Notes: generated by a model from the sequence alone, not told the origin. 64,000 nt of DNA from Neovahlkampfia damariscottae (GCA_016618085.1 JABLTG010000015.1:124001-188000); one strand, 5' to 3'; positions 35,474-49,435 are shown, counted from the stretch's first letter. A program made the numbers and translations.

Positions 35474-37881
35474 ATGAAACGAAAAAATCAACAAGAAAGC
35501 GAAATACCTCAAAAATTACAAAAAATATCCTTCAAAGAATGTAAAACATTTTTTTTATTCAATTTTGAAGTAAAATTTGTTGAAGATTTTTCAACACTGT
35601 CTTTAAAAGCAAATTCAGAAAAAAGACCATTAATTGTGTGTCCTAATAACTTAATATTAGTTGAAACTTTTTCACCTTATTACGAAGAAGCCTTAGATTT
35701 CATCACAGCAATCGCAGAACCACTTTCAAGACCAAATTATATTCATGAATATAAATTAACGGATTACTCATTAATGGCAGCAGCAAGTAAAACCAAATAT
35801 TTCTATATTAAATATCATTCAGGTATTGGTTTAAAAACCGAACAAATCATCAATATCCTTGAAAAATTGAACAAATATGAATTGTCAGAGAAAGTTAAAA
35901 AATTTATCATCCAATGGACAAAATGTTATGGAAAAATTAAACTAGTTTTACAAAATAATAATTTCTATATTGAATCACAACAAAGAGATATACTTGAAGA
36001 ATTAACAACTGATGAGATTATGCTCTCATTTTCGGAGAAATACCAAATAAAAGAACAATTGGAAATATTTGACTTGAATAATAACTCAGTAAGTTTAACA
36101 CTGATTAATAAGGTTTTTTCAAGTCTAAAAATTTATTAAATTCAATGACAAAAATTGTTCAAACAATCACAGAAGAAGATGGTGAAGAAAATATTTTAGA
36201 AGAAATTGAAACCAATTCATCTTCTACTTTTTCATTTGAAATTGAAACTAAATATGTTGAAAATGTTAAAAAAAGATGTAATGAATTGAAGTATCCACTT
36301 TTAGAAGAATATCATTTTAGAAAAGATGAAAAAAATGAAAATTTGAATATTGATTTGAAGCCTGAAACAAAAATTAGAGATTACCAAGAAAAAAGTTTAA
36401 GTAAGGTATTTGGGAATGGTAGAGCAAGATCTGGTTTGATTGTATTACCATGTGGTGCTGGAAAAGTAAGTTGAAAATTAGATTAAAATTTAATGTCGTT
36501 TTTAGACCTTAGTTGGTATTACAACAACATGTACTATCAAAAAGAAAACTTTAGTATTATGTAATTCAAATGTTTCAGTCGAGCAATGGTATGATCAATT
36601 TCTCCAATGGTCCACAATTCCAAAAAATAAAATGGTAAAATTCACTGCAGATTTTAAAGATATCATTCCTGATGATGCTTGTATTCTATTTACAACATAT
36701 AATATGCTGACATTCAATGGCACTAGAAGTGAAAAAAGTCAAAAAATCATTCAACAACTTGAAAAAATTGAATGGGGTTTAATGGTAAATTTTGAGTTGA
36801 ATTCATGACTTTTTTAAAGGTTTTAGATGAAGTTCATATAGTACCTGCTGATATATTCAGAAAAGTTATTAGTATTGCTAAAGCTCATTGCAAAGTAATT
36901 TTGTATTTTTTTAATATTTTGTAGTTGGGATTAACAGCAACTCTTCTAAGAGAAGATGACAAAATTCAAGATTTATATTTCCTTATTGGACCTAAATTAT
37001 ATGAAACGAATTGGATGAATTTACAAGAAAGAGGTTATCTTGCAAAAGTGGAATGTATTGAAGTATGGTGTCCAATGACAGCAGAATACATGAAAGAATA
37101 TCTAATATCAACATCTATAAAACAGAATCTTTTATCTATTATGAATCCTAATAAATTCAAAATGACAGAATTTCTTATCAAATTTCACGAAGAAAAACGA
37201 AACAAAATTATTGTTTTTTCTGATGACATTTTTGCATTAAAAGAATACTCAAAAAAGTTGCAATATCCAAGTATTCTTGGAGAAACATCTCAAAAGGAGA
37301 GATTGAGTATATTGAATAGATTCCAACAATCTTCAATGTTGAATTGTGTATTCATTTCAAAAGTTGGAGATACATCTATTGATTTACCAGAGGCAAGTGT
37401 TATCATTCAAATATCATCTCATTATGGATCAAGAAGACAAGAAACTCAAAGATTGGGAAGAATATTGAGACCAAAAATGAATAAGTCAAATGATTTCAAT
37501 GCCTTTTTTTACACATTAGTTTCACAAGACACATCTGAAATGTATCATAACACAAAAAGACAACAGTTTCTGTTAAATCAAGGATATATTTATAGAGTTC
37601 TGAATACAGTTCCGCAGTTGCTTGAAAAGCATCAAGACATGATTTCTTGTTTCAAATCGAAAAGTGAAGAAAAAAATTTGCTTGCAAGAATCAAAGTGTT
37701 AAAAGATTCATCTATTTTGGAAGCAGATGAAAAAGAAAATCAAACAGTTACGATAAAATCAGGTTCATTGTCAAAATTAAGTGGTTCAATGGGTTTGATT
37801 TACAATCAAGTGTCGACTGAAAAAAAAAAATCTTCAACCAATCCAATAGTCAGAAAATATCTTCAAAATAAAAGAATTTGA
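35474..37881 (+). CDS. ERCC3: XPB/Ssl2 TFIIH helicase, 6 introns
   Basis: [52 protein letters not shown]. Confidence 0.95.
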
Positions 37882-37886
37882 TTTTT

Positions 37887-39257
37887 TTATTTCATTTTTT
37901 TTGGTGAAGGAGATGGTGAAGATAATCTTCGCTTTCCATTTATATTCATCATTTCTTCTTTTTTAAGATTTTTCAAGGCTTCATTTAATTCTGGAATCAA
38001 ATAAGAATATCTGGTTTTTAAAAAAACTCCAGGTTGTAAATAATCAATGTTGTGTGTTTCTCTTATTGCATGTCTTGCAGATTCTTCATCTTGATATTTT
38101 ATCAATGCAAATCCTGAATCTTTACTATCATCTTTTTTAAACATTTTACTTTGAACAATTTTTCCAAAAACTTTGAATTTTGAAATTAAATCATCTTTTG
38201 AAAATGGTAAATTGATTTCACCAATCGCAATGACAAACATATCTTCTGAAGATTTCAATGAATTGAATGAATTTGTAACAGTTATGACATTTCTGCCATC
38301 CAAGAAACTTGTTCCGTTTGTTTTGTTAATTGTTTTTTTAGCCGATGATATGTCTTTGAAATCAACAAATCCATAACCATGGAAATTATCGTACTTATTA
38401 ATTCGACAAGAAACAATTTCACCAAATATTGAAAATTTTGAATTTAATTCATCCAAGGAACATGGAAAATAAATAGGTGTAACATGAATACTTGCATTTG
38501 TACCCTTTGAAATTCGTTGAGTATCTGATACTTTTGTTGTCATTGATGCAATTGAATGATCAGGTCTTGCCATTCGTACATTCAAAATATTATCATCGAG
38601 ATATTTTGTTGATTTGGTGTTTTCCACAGCTCTAATTGCATCTTTTTCATTTTCAAAATGAATAAAACAACAACCATCATGTTGATGTACTTTAATATAG
38701 GATATAGGACCAAAAACAGAATACATATCAAAAATTGTTGTTTTTGACATTGGACACTTAAATCCTGATACATAAATCTGATTTAATTTGTGTGCATTTT
38801 CACTGGTTGTCTCAATTATTTCTTCTTTTTTACCAATGTTTTTTGGTGATGATGTTGATGAGTCTTTTCTTATCAGTTCTTGGTTAAATTTTTGTAATGT
38901 GTTATTATGATCTTCTAAATTCTTTACAATAGCTTCATTTTTTGTGTTGTTTTTTTCTGCTTGATATAACAACTCTTTTAAATATTTTATTTCTTGTTGT
39001 TGTTTGTCTAACTGAGAAATTAAAATTTTGTTTTCTTTTTCAAAGTTCAGTTTTTCTAACTTGGATATTTCTTTTAATTGTTGTATTTCTTGTTTCAATG
39101 ATGTAATTTCAAAGGCTGATTTTGAGTCAATTTGGTTTTGAGCATTTTCCAACAGTTGTATTTTTTGGGTGAGAATTTGATGTTGTGCTTTGGCTTTCCA
39201 TTGATCCTCTCTGATTTTTTTTTTGAGTTCATCTTTGGTTTTCTGTTTTTCTTCCAT
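37887..39257 (-). CDS. Coiled-coil plus three RRM domains
   Basis: Three F..FG.I segments with RNP1-like GCCFIHF, GYGFVDF and GFALIKY. Confidence 0.85.
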   Translation of the reverse strand: MEEKQKTKDELKKKIREDQWKAKAQHQILTQKIQLLENAQNQIDSKSAFEITSLKQEIQQLKEISKLEKLNFEKENKILISQLDKQQQEIKYLKELLYQAEKNNTKNEAIVKNLEDHNNTLQKFNQELIRKDSSTSSPKNIGKKEEIIETTSENAHKLNQIYVSGFKCPMSKTTIFDMYSVFGPISYIKVHQHDGCCFIHFENEKDAIRAVENTKSTKYLDDNILNVRMARPDHSIASMTTKVSDTQRISKGTNASIHVTPIYFPCSLDELNSKFSIFGEIVSCRINKYDNFHGYGFVDFKDISSAKKTINKTNGTSFLDGRNVITVTNSFNSLKSSEDMFVIAIGEINLPFSKDDLISKFKVFGKIVQSKMFKKDDSKDSGFALIKYQDEESARHAIRETHNIDYLQPGVFLKTRYSYLIPELNEALKNLKKEEMMNINGKRRLSSPSPSPKKMK

Positions 39258-39451
39258 CAAGTTTTGAAAAAAAATGATTGGTCAATTTGTATTTCACTAA
39301 ATTCAAAAATGTCACAAGAACATCAAATAATTCGATATTGCTTGTTTTAATTCTTTCAAAAAAAAAAGTTTTAAAGGAATTTGAAACATCTGCAATAAAA
39401 ATGTTGGAAACATTTTTATTGTGGTCAAGAACAGGTGAAAATTGTGTCTTT

Positions 39452-39760
39452 TTATTTTTTATTTTTTTTAACATTTCTTTGATCTTTTAACGTCTCATCA
39501 TTTCTTCCAACTAACCTCAATACTTTTCCATCTTTTTTCATTTTTGCCAACATGTCTTTTTCAATATTTTGACCAACTTTAGAGAGCAAATTCTTTTGTA
39601 TTTTTTTATAGGAATCTTTCATTTTTTGTTTCTTTGGTGTTTTATCTGTAAAAAGGAATGGATTAGATTTTTGAATTCACTCACTTTTTTGTTGTTTCTC
39701 TCTTGCAGATTTCTTTTTTAAACTTGTTGAACTTGAATTTTTTCCACCTCCTTGAGCCAT
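39452..39760 (-). CDS. Small basic protein, UPF0390/C19orf53-like, 1 intron
   Basis: MAQG start, Lys-rich, KNLLSKVGQNIEKDMLAK; GTGAGT...CAG intron. Confidence 0.6.
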
Positions 39761-39873
39761 TTTTTTGATTATCAGTTGCGGTTACAGTTGGTTCAAAAAA
39801 AAAAATTGGAATGAAATCATTGGACAACAAAAATGGTAAAATACAAAAAAAATTGGACAAATCATTTCAGATT

Positions 39874-41390
39874 TTATTTTCCGAGTTTGATAAAATTCAT
39901 ACAAAATCTTTCTGTATGATTACCATGAGACCAAAATCGATCAAAATAAGAACTTCCATAATCATTCGGTATTTCATTGGAGTACATTTCAGATCCATAA
40001 TTTGATTTGAACATTTTTTTGTCAACTAATGCTTCAAATGCTTCAACAATCAACATTGCATATCCATGATTGTCTGTAACTACAATGATTGAAGAGTCCT
40101 TTTTCAAGACTCTATGGCATTCTTCTAAAAATGGTTGGTTTATTAAAATTTGTTTTGAATCTTTCCAAATAGGAGGATTTGGAAAATTGATGAATATTTT
40201 ATCCATTGATCTTTTACGAAAATTTTCATTCAATGTTTTATTGGCTTCACCAGCTACAACTAAAACATTCTTAACATCTTGAAAAACCATATTTGTGAAT
40301 ATAGAAAAATTTCTATCATTCCTCATTTCAAGAGATGTCCAATTAATTTCTTTGTCACTTTTAGCTTTTTCGATCATCCATTCACCGGCTCCGGAGCATA
40401 TTTCTAAATACATTGGTTTCTCTAAATCAAATACTTTTTTAAATTTAATATGATCTTTTGGTTTCAATATGACATTTGGTGAATTTGTAAATTCAAATTT
40501 TTCTTTGCTAAAAGTTTTCAAATATTTTTTAATTTCCTGACATTCTCTTTCAGCTTCTTCATTTTGAAATTTCAAAAACATATTTCCTTGTTCCATTTCC
40601 ATCTTTTCCTTCTTTAAAAAATTTTCTGATAATTTCAAATATTTTTCAGAGTTCAATTGATCACCATGAAGAGCACATGATTTTGAAATGGCAATATAAC
40701 TTGTTGAAATGACACCATATTTTGATTTTATTTTCTCTAAATTACCAATTTGTTTCATTGCTTCTTTTATTTCATCGTTATGACATAAACATTGAATTAA
40801 ATAATGATAGGAAAATAAGTCTGGTTCTATTTTCAAAATTTGCATTTTTTCAAAAACTTTTTTTGCAATTTTGATATTTCCAGAATTCAAACAACCACGT
40901 AATAATGCATTCATTGTTCTTAAATTCGGAGTGACGTTTAAATCTTTCATTTCTTCTAAAATGTTAAATGCTTCATTACAATTGTCTTCAGCAATTCTTT
41001 TTTTTATTTTAGTTGGTTTTTGTGATTTTACCCTTTTATTAAAGTTGTATATGTGATTTCATTTGGTTGAATTCCTTCAGAAATCATGTCATCATGGTAC
41101 TGTTGTGCTTTTTCATTTTCACCACATCTGACGCAAGCATTCATCAAACTTGAATATGTAACTATTGTTGGTCTTAATTTTTTTTTTAAAATCGTCTCGA
41201 AAGTGAGTAAAGCCATGTCAAAATGTTTATGTGAAGCAAATTCAGATATTAAAGAATTAAAATCCACAACGTCGCTGTGTGGATTTCTAAAGAGGGCATC
41301 AATTTTTTCTTCTCTTGTCAGGTTGAAATCTTGTTGTTTTTGTTTTTTATAATTCGTATTTTGATTGTTGAAGTTACGTCCTCTTTTCAT
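39874..41390 (-). CDS. PPR repeats fused to TrmB-type tRNA (guanine-N7) methyltransferase (PPR-TGM), 1 intron
   Basis: PTIVTYSSLMNAC, PNEITYTTLIKG and PNLRTMNALL repeats; LEICSGAGEW, INFPNPP and VVTDN TrmB motifs. Confidence 0.9.
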
Positions 41391-41749
41391 TTTGCAACTC
41401 ACAGAGTATTTGATTGGACAAAATCATCTCATGAAAAGTGAAACAACAGGAATCCAAATGATTCAAAAATAAGGAAGAAATTTGTAAAGGAATAATGAGA
41501 TCTTAATTTTTTTGCAAATTTCTTCATATCAAATTCTTTATTGACTTCCTATAATGTGGATTCAGGTTGGTGAAACCAGTCGTTTTTGCATAAATAACCT
41601 GTCTTTTCCTTCTGACTCAAACCATTCAAGAATTTTCTTCCAAAAAAGTCCTTCGAAGCATCTTGATTTGGAAGATGTTGATTGGAAGGTAAATGTTAAC
41701 GTTGAAGTGAATAAACCAATTGGGCGGTTTTTACCTAATTGAATAGAAA

Positions 41750-44200
41750 ATGAAGAAACTGGAAAGAAAAGACACATTTCCGGCATATAAAACTAAAAAG
41801 TCTTTCAGAGAGAATTTTCTCCTGACCAATATTCTGTGCAGTATCAGAACAAAAACACTTGCTACCATCTTCACTTTTTTCGTGATATTTTTTGGAATAA
41901 TCACAGGAATAATTATTGGTGTTTTTAGTGACACATACTTCCAATATGAAGGTAAGTTCATAAAATATCAATTAATGACAATTTGCAGTAAACGGAATGT
42001 AACAACTTTCAAAAAAAATTTAACACAAAAATTTTGTTAAGAAATCAAGCTGCAAGAAGAATAAATCGAGTGATAAAAGATTTATCTGATATAAATTCAA
42101 ATTTTCTTGGATCTTATAGTGCCATTTGGACAGAAACCTTTGACACTTTGAATAATTTTTTAGCAAATTCAGATCCAGCTCCGCTGATAAGGTAAATTAA
42201 AAAACCCTTTCATTCATGAATAATATAGTTATTTTGACGCTAATTGGCATCTAAATGCTTTCAAATCATTTGAAAAAGAGTTCATAATTTATTATTGGCT
42301 CCACAACAAAACCATAGCAAAGTCAAGAATATACAATCCTCAAGCAAATAATTTAGACACAATACCAATTCCAGATGAACTTCAAACGTTACCAAATTTT
42401 AATGGAATTGACTTTTCTGATACTTCAACACGTGGAACTGGTTTTTTATCTCCAAAAAATAGTAATGTGACATATATATTATCTGTAACTCCTGTTCAAA
42501 CTGATGAATTCAATGGACCTGTTTCTGCTGTAGCTTTGCTTGGAACAAGAATTTCTTCAAAGGTAATATTGGATATGTCAAATAGAGCTCAATTATGCAC
42601 TACAATGTATTCATATAATGATAATTCTAATTGGGCTCCAATTTCAACTTCAATTTCTTCTAAGGTGGGTATTTCACCGAATATTACAGTCAATGCATGG
42701 CAAGATAAAAATATTGCTCATTATGAAGTTATGAAAGAATCTATAACTTCAACTCTTTTAAAAGGAAGAAAATGTTGGGAGATTAATGTTGTCAATGATA
42801 ATTCAACATTCGATGATGTTAGATTAACAGAAGAAAGATTATCAGGTTATAATGTTTATAATGATATTTTTGGAAACAAAGCAGTTATTTTTAGAATTGA
42901 TCTTTCAAGAGGAATCAACGTTTTAGCTCAGTATTCAATGATCACTGTTCTTTCCATTTTAGCTGGTGTTGGAATTGGATTTTTCATTTTAATTGGTTTA
43001 TTGTTAGAATTATTTGTACTTTGTCGTGTAACTTCTTTAACAACTCAAATTCGAAGAATCAAAGATTCTGTTGATTTAAACAAAAGAGTGAAGGTTATAG
43101 AAGGTTTAGATGAAGTTGATTATTTGACAGAATCTATTAACGAAATGTTATCCAATGTTGAATCAACTCAAAGTGAATTACAATCAACATTCAATAAATT
43201 AGGGAATGAAGAAGAAAAAACTCGTTTAATGTTAAATTCAATTCCAGATTCTATTTTAATAGCTCATCCAAATACCGGAAAAATCATCGAAGTGAATGAA
43301 GCATTTGAGAAATTATTCACCAAAGATTGGAATGAAAAAATCGTTTTCAAAATTTTACCAGATTTAGGAAAGAAAGAGTTTGAACAACCTGTTGGAAGAT
43401 ACACTGAAACTGTAGCTATTGGAAGTTTTGATTTGAAAATACCTGTTCAAGTAGTTACTTGTGGAATTGAATTTTATCATCAAGATGAAAAAGTTCTTTA
43501 TGTAATGTGTATCATCAGAGATATTCGAGAAAAAAATGAATTTTTGGATAAATTGCAAAAAGAAATGGAATCTTATTCAACTATGGAAAATAAATTCACT
43601 TTTGAAGAACAATTCAGAGATCCAATCATAAGAGATGCATTGAAGAAGTTTTGTGAAAAAGAAAAAACAGCTGAAAATATTAAATTGTTAATTGCAGTTG
43701 AATCGTATAAGAAATTAGATCAGTCTTCAAGAATCAAACAACAAAAATATATCATGGAAAAATATTTAAAAGAAGGATCAAAATATGCTTTGAATATTTC
43801 AAATGAAGCCCGTGAAGTAGCAATAAAGAAAGTTAAAGATGGTTTGGGTCAAATTGATTTGTTTACTGATTTGGAAAAAGCTGTCAAATTCAATTTGATT
43901 AATGAAAGTTTTGCTAGATTTCAACAAGAAAAGGAAAAATATATTGAATTAGTTTTAAAGGACAGAGAAATAGATGGAAAGAAACCTAGAAAGAGATCAC
44001 TTGGGAATGATGTTTCTTCAGATGATTTGAGTTCTTCTTTTGCAGGAAGTAGTAGGAAACATGGAACTAAAACTCCAACTGAAGTTAGATCTCCAACTGG
44101 AATAATTTCTCCAACAGGAATGAGATCTCCAACATTGACAAGAACCCATTCAGAAACAAGTCTTGATGATTTAGGTGATCTCGAAGAAAGAGTGTTGTAA
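41750..44200 (+). CDS. Two-TM sensor: CHASE4-like ectodomain - HAMP - PAS - RGS; 10-nt micro-exon 41989-41998
   Basis: TM1, YSAIWTETFD, TM2, HAMP DEVDYLTESINEML, PAS LNSIPDSI...GKIIEVNEAFEKL...IIRDIRE, RGS FCEKEKTAENI...YALNIS...ESFARF. Confidence 0.85.
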
Positions 44201-44284
44201 ATAAACTGTTTATTGTTCAATGATCGATCTTGTATTAAAAGTAAAAAAGTTTCAATGAAAACAAGAATAAAAAATTTACATATT

Positions 44285-45233
44285 TTAACAACATTTTTTT
44301 ATACAAAACCAAAAGAATTTGTTGATATTTTTTGGTATCCAAAAGATTGGAAGTGAAATTGGATTTACAAGTGTTTTTGGTGGTGAAGCTTTCACAGCTG
44401 CAGCGATGAACTAACAGAAATTAAAAAAAAAAAGTCCGTTTACCAAAGGAAAGATTAAAGCAAATATTCCATTATTGATGAAAAATGGAAAAAAAAATGT
44501 AACTAATGCATTGGGTAAACCAAATCCAAGCATATAAGCCCATCTGTCTTCAAAGTATCTTAATCTATTATCTAATGAAACACCTGAATGAGCAAGACGA
44601 TATTCAAATGCATAGTAAGCATATAACCAACAAGTCAAAGCGAATTTCAAAATATCTCCAACAGTTTCAAATTTGAATAAAACTGAAAGCCATTGTATCA
44701 AAGAAATTTGAATTGGAAAGAATAATAAAATGAATATAGAACGTATTTGTGTGACTATATTCAGAATAAAACTTTGAATGTTTTTAAAAACTCTTTTTTT
44801 TTTGTTACGATTTGATTGAAAATTCAGGTGTTTTATAGCGACTATTTAGTAATATATTTGAAATATCATTGTACCAAAAGCTACTTAGTGATAAACTTAT
44901 TATATAAACAGGTATAACCCAAAGTATCTTTAAACTTTTTTAGTTGAAATTTTTCAATACCATTTTTGAAAGTTCAAAAACTTTTAGAAATTTATCAACT
45001 TCTTGAAAGGAAAGAAATGGTTGAGCAAAATAATCCAAAAATAAAACACTTCCAGTGAATATTACACCATTTAATAAACAACATTGCAGAAATAAATTTT
45101 TCAACCTTCTAGAAACTAAGAATACTTTTATGGACTCATAAAAGTTTGAAGCATCAAAGAAACTGATTCAAAAATTATTTTTAAATGTTTTTTACCCTTG
45201 GACAAACATCCTATCACTTGAATTTCGAGACAT
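44285..45233 (-). CDS. EI24: EI24-family membrane protein, 4 introns
   Basis: QCCLLNGVIF, LSSFWYNDI, YAYYAFEY, RWAYMLGFGLP and IFALIFPL motifs. Confidence 0.85.
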
Positions 45234-45332
45234 TTTTTTTTAATGTTTTTCTCTTGTGTCGGAGTATTTTGTATCACTAAATGAAATGAACCAATAAAAT
45301 GATTTTAAAAGATCAAATAGGAAAGATTTATT

Positions 45333-46969
45333 TTAATCCAATTTTTTTTGAAACAATGAATATAAAAAGTAATCAAGTTTATCCATTGCATTTGGTTTTC
45401 TTGTTTTGTCAACAAACAATTTTTTGTAATGTGCTTCACGGATTGGTTGAAATTGTTTCAAATGTGAAAAATGCTTTTGAAGAGTTCCAAAGAAATGATT
45501 ATCATACTCATATTTGACATTAAAATCTTCACATGTTCTTTTGATAATTGGTACTTTTCAAAAAAATTAATTTTTGATGGAGAAAACAACTTACGAATTT
45601 CTGGATAATAATGTGGAGCTACAGATGGAAATAAATGATGTGGAACTTGATAGTTCAAAAATCCGCTTAAATATGTCCAGAATGCTGATTCATGATCATA
45701 GTCAATAGTTGTTAACACTTGTGCTTCAGCCCAATCCCTTTAGAAAATTAATGATTTAGACATTGATTTCATTTGGCTTACTTTGGAATTGGTTTATCAA
45801 TTGGCCATTCACAATCTTCATGAACATGTGATATTTGTGAAAATATTCCAAAAAATATACCAGATGTTGATTCTGTGACAAGATGTAAATATAATGTTGT
45901 GAAAATTCCTTGTCCTAAAATGATTGGTAAAACAATTCTATGAAAAAAGTAAATTGATTTTCCACCATAAAAACGTATTTTTTGAATTAAACCAGTGTCA
46001 TTGATTACAATATTTTCCATTCTTCCTCTTGAAAAACTATAAAAATCATCAAGTTTCATTTGTGCTGTAATGAATGGATAAATAAAAGGTTGAAACCAAG
46101 TTGGTGGAACGAATCCTCTAATTCTATATCTTTCAAGTGGTTCATGAGGTGAACATTTGTAAATTCCAATATCTGGATCAACACCTGCAACATTTGTCCA
46201 AATATGGTGCTAAAAACAGAGTTAAAAGAAAAACTTTTTTACTCCAAAAACATGTCTGTGAATCCAAACATACATAGAATGACCTGTTACCCATTCACCA
46301 TAAATTCCAAAATATTTCCAAAGACTTGAGTTCTTTGAGTAACTTGAGTGAGACATGTCATGCCACAAATGTACCATACTAAAAAGTTAAACTGACTTAA
46401 CTTTACCTCAAATGATGAAAAACACCTCCCATAAATGCAAAGAAAATTCTTTTCCAAAAGCTAATGTTGGTGTACATACTTAAATAGTATGATAATAACA
46501 TTCCTCCAAGAATAAAGATTGTGTTGAAAATTACAAAATTGTTGATCACTCTTGTATCTTTGATTTTATTTTTTTTGAAGTGTTCTTCAACTCTTTGTTT
46601 CATTGCTGTAAAAAAAAAAAAATTAATGAAATCTTTTGTTCAATTTACTTGTATAGAATCCAGTTTCTCCAGAGTATGGTGGAAATCTGTATGATTCAAT
46701 CTCTCCGACACAAGGACACTTTTCAGTTCCTAAAGTTTTTTTTGAGTCAAGTTTATGGTAAGATTCAAATAAATAGGTGACTTCCTTTCCAGCAACATAA
46801 TTTATCAAATCAGCTCCACCTGGATGTGATGTTTTCCAGTTTGTGACATCATAAACTTTTCCATAGAGACTAAGATAAGCTTTAGAGGCATTTTAGAAAA
46901 GAAAAAAAAATGAAAACCATCATCAGGTTTATTGTGTTTTTGAACTTCTTCCCAAGTGAATTTTTTCAT
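45333..46969 (-). CDS. Cytochrome-b5-fusion front-end fatty acid desaturase (delta-5-like), 6 introns
   Basis: HPGG heme motif; His boxes HDMSH, HRHVFGHH and QVPHHLFP. Confidence 0.92.
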
Positions 46970-47056
46970 TGCCTTGACAAATTGAAGGTGAAATAAACCA
47001 ATAAGTGATAGTTATTCGTTCGGAGAATTTTCATCCAATGAATATAATTCCAAAAA

Positions 47057-49435
47057 ATGAAGAAGGTGGAAAAAAGAGTTGATGATTTATTGAGTCTTTT
47101 TGAAGAGGACAAACATACAAAAACGATAAAAAATGTTGAAAATTTGAGAGAATTATTCAAGGAAGCTTCATCTTCTCACAACAAACTGATGTTGAATTCT
47201 TTTGTTGAAAATTTGGAAAAAATAGCTGTTAGTTATGAAAAACTATTACATATTATGACTAAAACATATCAAGAAAAATATAATTTGACTAAAAAGAATT
47301 TGGAAATTATTTTAAAAGTAAAACATGTTGATGTCCTTCCTCTTTTAGAATTTGAAGAAATATCAAAAGAAGAAATTGAATTTTTGTTTGTTAATTTATT
47401 AAAAGAAATTGAATTTGATGAAAAATTGGACACCAAAGAATTCATTAAAAAGTTAAAAAATCTTCCAGATAGTTTGTTGGAATTGAAAGTGAACTTGAAA
47501 GCCTTAAATTCTCCAATGCTTTTAAATATTCATAATTTATCATTAGAGCTTCGTAAGATTGGAAAATACTAACTTTTAAAGACCACAACAGACTTGAAAT
47601 TGAAAGAATCTTGCTGTTGAAAATAAAATTTCAACAATTGGATCGGCTATATTTCTTGGGTGTTATATTGAAATTTATGTTTGAAAGAAAGCTTTTTATG
47701 ATTTCAAAATCAAAAAAATTGGTAAATTCTACATTGGTTTCTGACAAATAAAATTGTAGGAAAATTCAACATTAAAATTATTTGAAGATTCAACTAAATA
47801 CAATCCCAGTGACATCGGATTTGAAGGTATTTTATCACCTCAATTCCTGAGCAACTATTTTCAAAGCATTTCTCTTTTGAAAGATATACAAAATTGGCAT
47901 CTTCCAAAATTCCAAAATGTACTGACTCAATTGAACACAACCTCTGACGATTCAACACAGAATAAAGTTAAAGAAATATCATTAAATATGGAAGGTTTTA
48001 TCAAAAATGATGAAATAAAATCATTCATTAATGATCATTTGAAATATGAATCACCAGAATTACTTAGAAAATCCTTAATTTTAACATTATTTAAGATGAA
48101 AAATACGAAGAAAAATCAAAAAAAAGTTGAAGCCAAACTGGATGAATCAATTCAGAAAGTATCCAAAATAGTTATGGATAGTATTCAATCTTATTCAGTT
48201 AATGATGAGAAGGATTTGTTTGAGTTCAAATTATCAACAATTAAATCAATTGGATTATGGAAATCGTTGAAATATGCAAAGAAAAATTTTCTCAAACAAT
48301 TGGACAAATTACCTGATCGATACCATGAAAAACTTGCTGAATTTCTAGAATGTGAAATGACAAATTCTGGGATTTTTTCTTCTTCAAAAAGGTTTGAAAA
48401 CTTGATGAATAGTATAAATATGTCACTGGAGGAGACTTGTTTGTTGATTTTACAACGAAAAGATTTCCATATTTCAGTTTCAAAATTTTCTCAGAACTTT
48501 GAATTTTGGTGCTCAAAAGCGAGGAAATTTTCATTTTTCCCAGAATTAACTGAAGAAGAAGTTGAAGAAGAAGTAAGGATTCATCCATTAACCTATAGGA
48601 TTATACCTACTTGGTGTCATTGTTCTGTGAATATTTGAAAGATTTTCTACCAAAACACAAACATAAAATTTGCAATAAAATTCAAGAAATAAGTAAAAAG
48701 ATATTCTATCCTGAGTATATCAATAGAAAAGAATTTGAAGAATACAATCATTTCACCAGGAAAATGTTTGATGATTCTGTGAATCAAATGTTAAAAGAAA
48801 TCCGAAAAAAACCAAAAGAGAATATATTTATTGCTTTGATTGGCGAAATTAAGTTTTTACAAGATTTTATAGCACAATTATTGGTAGCTCCTTCGAAATC
48901 AATCATTCAAAAAATCATCAAACAATCAAAAGATGTGTACGATGGAAAAATTGAAAGTAAAAAATTTGACAAACTAAAATAATTAGAACCTAAATTTGAG
49001 TATTTAGTTGAGAAAGAAATTGAAAAAAGGAAGAAAAAACAAAAAAGAAAAGATATTCCTACTGAAAAAGTTGAGAAAAAAGCAGATGAAAAAGTCGAAG
49101 AAATTAAAGATTCAACAGAGATGTTAGTTGAAACAAAGCCTGATATTAAGAAAATTGGAAAGATTTTAATGCCATTACCTTATACAATCGAAGAAATAAA
49201 ATCAAAATTCACGAAAGAAACAGTACTAGATGTTGAACAAAATTTCAAATTTTCAAATGATTTTCAAAATCAAATGTATCAAAGAATTTATCAGTACAGA
49301 AATGAAAAGGAAAGTCAAGAGAATGAAAAGAAAATAAAAGAAGTGAAACTGTTTTTGAAGCAAAAATTGAATGAAAATCCATTAACTCAGAAAGAAATCA
49401 ATAGAAGGAAATACTGGGAATCAGTCAATGAATAA
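47057..49435 (+). CDS. Large helical hypothetical protein, 4 introns
   Basis: ORF pieces joined in frame by 26-38 nt GT-AG introns; no family recognised. Confidence 0.6.

Noticed and set aside
14474..37881. Possible nucleotide-excision-repair cluster (XPG next to RAD5/16-like; XPB about 16 kb further)
   Set aside because: Unrelated genes intervene and the window holds about 40 genes; without synteny data it cannot be told from chance.
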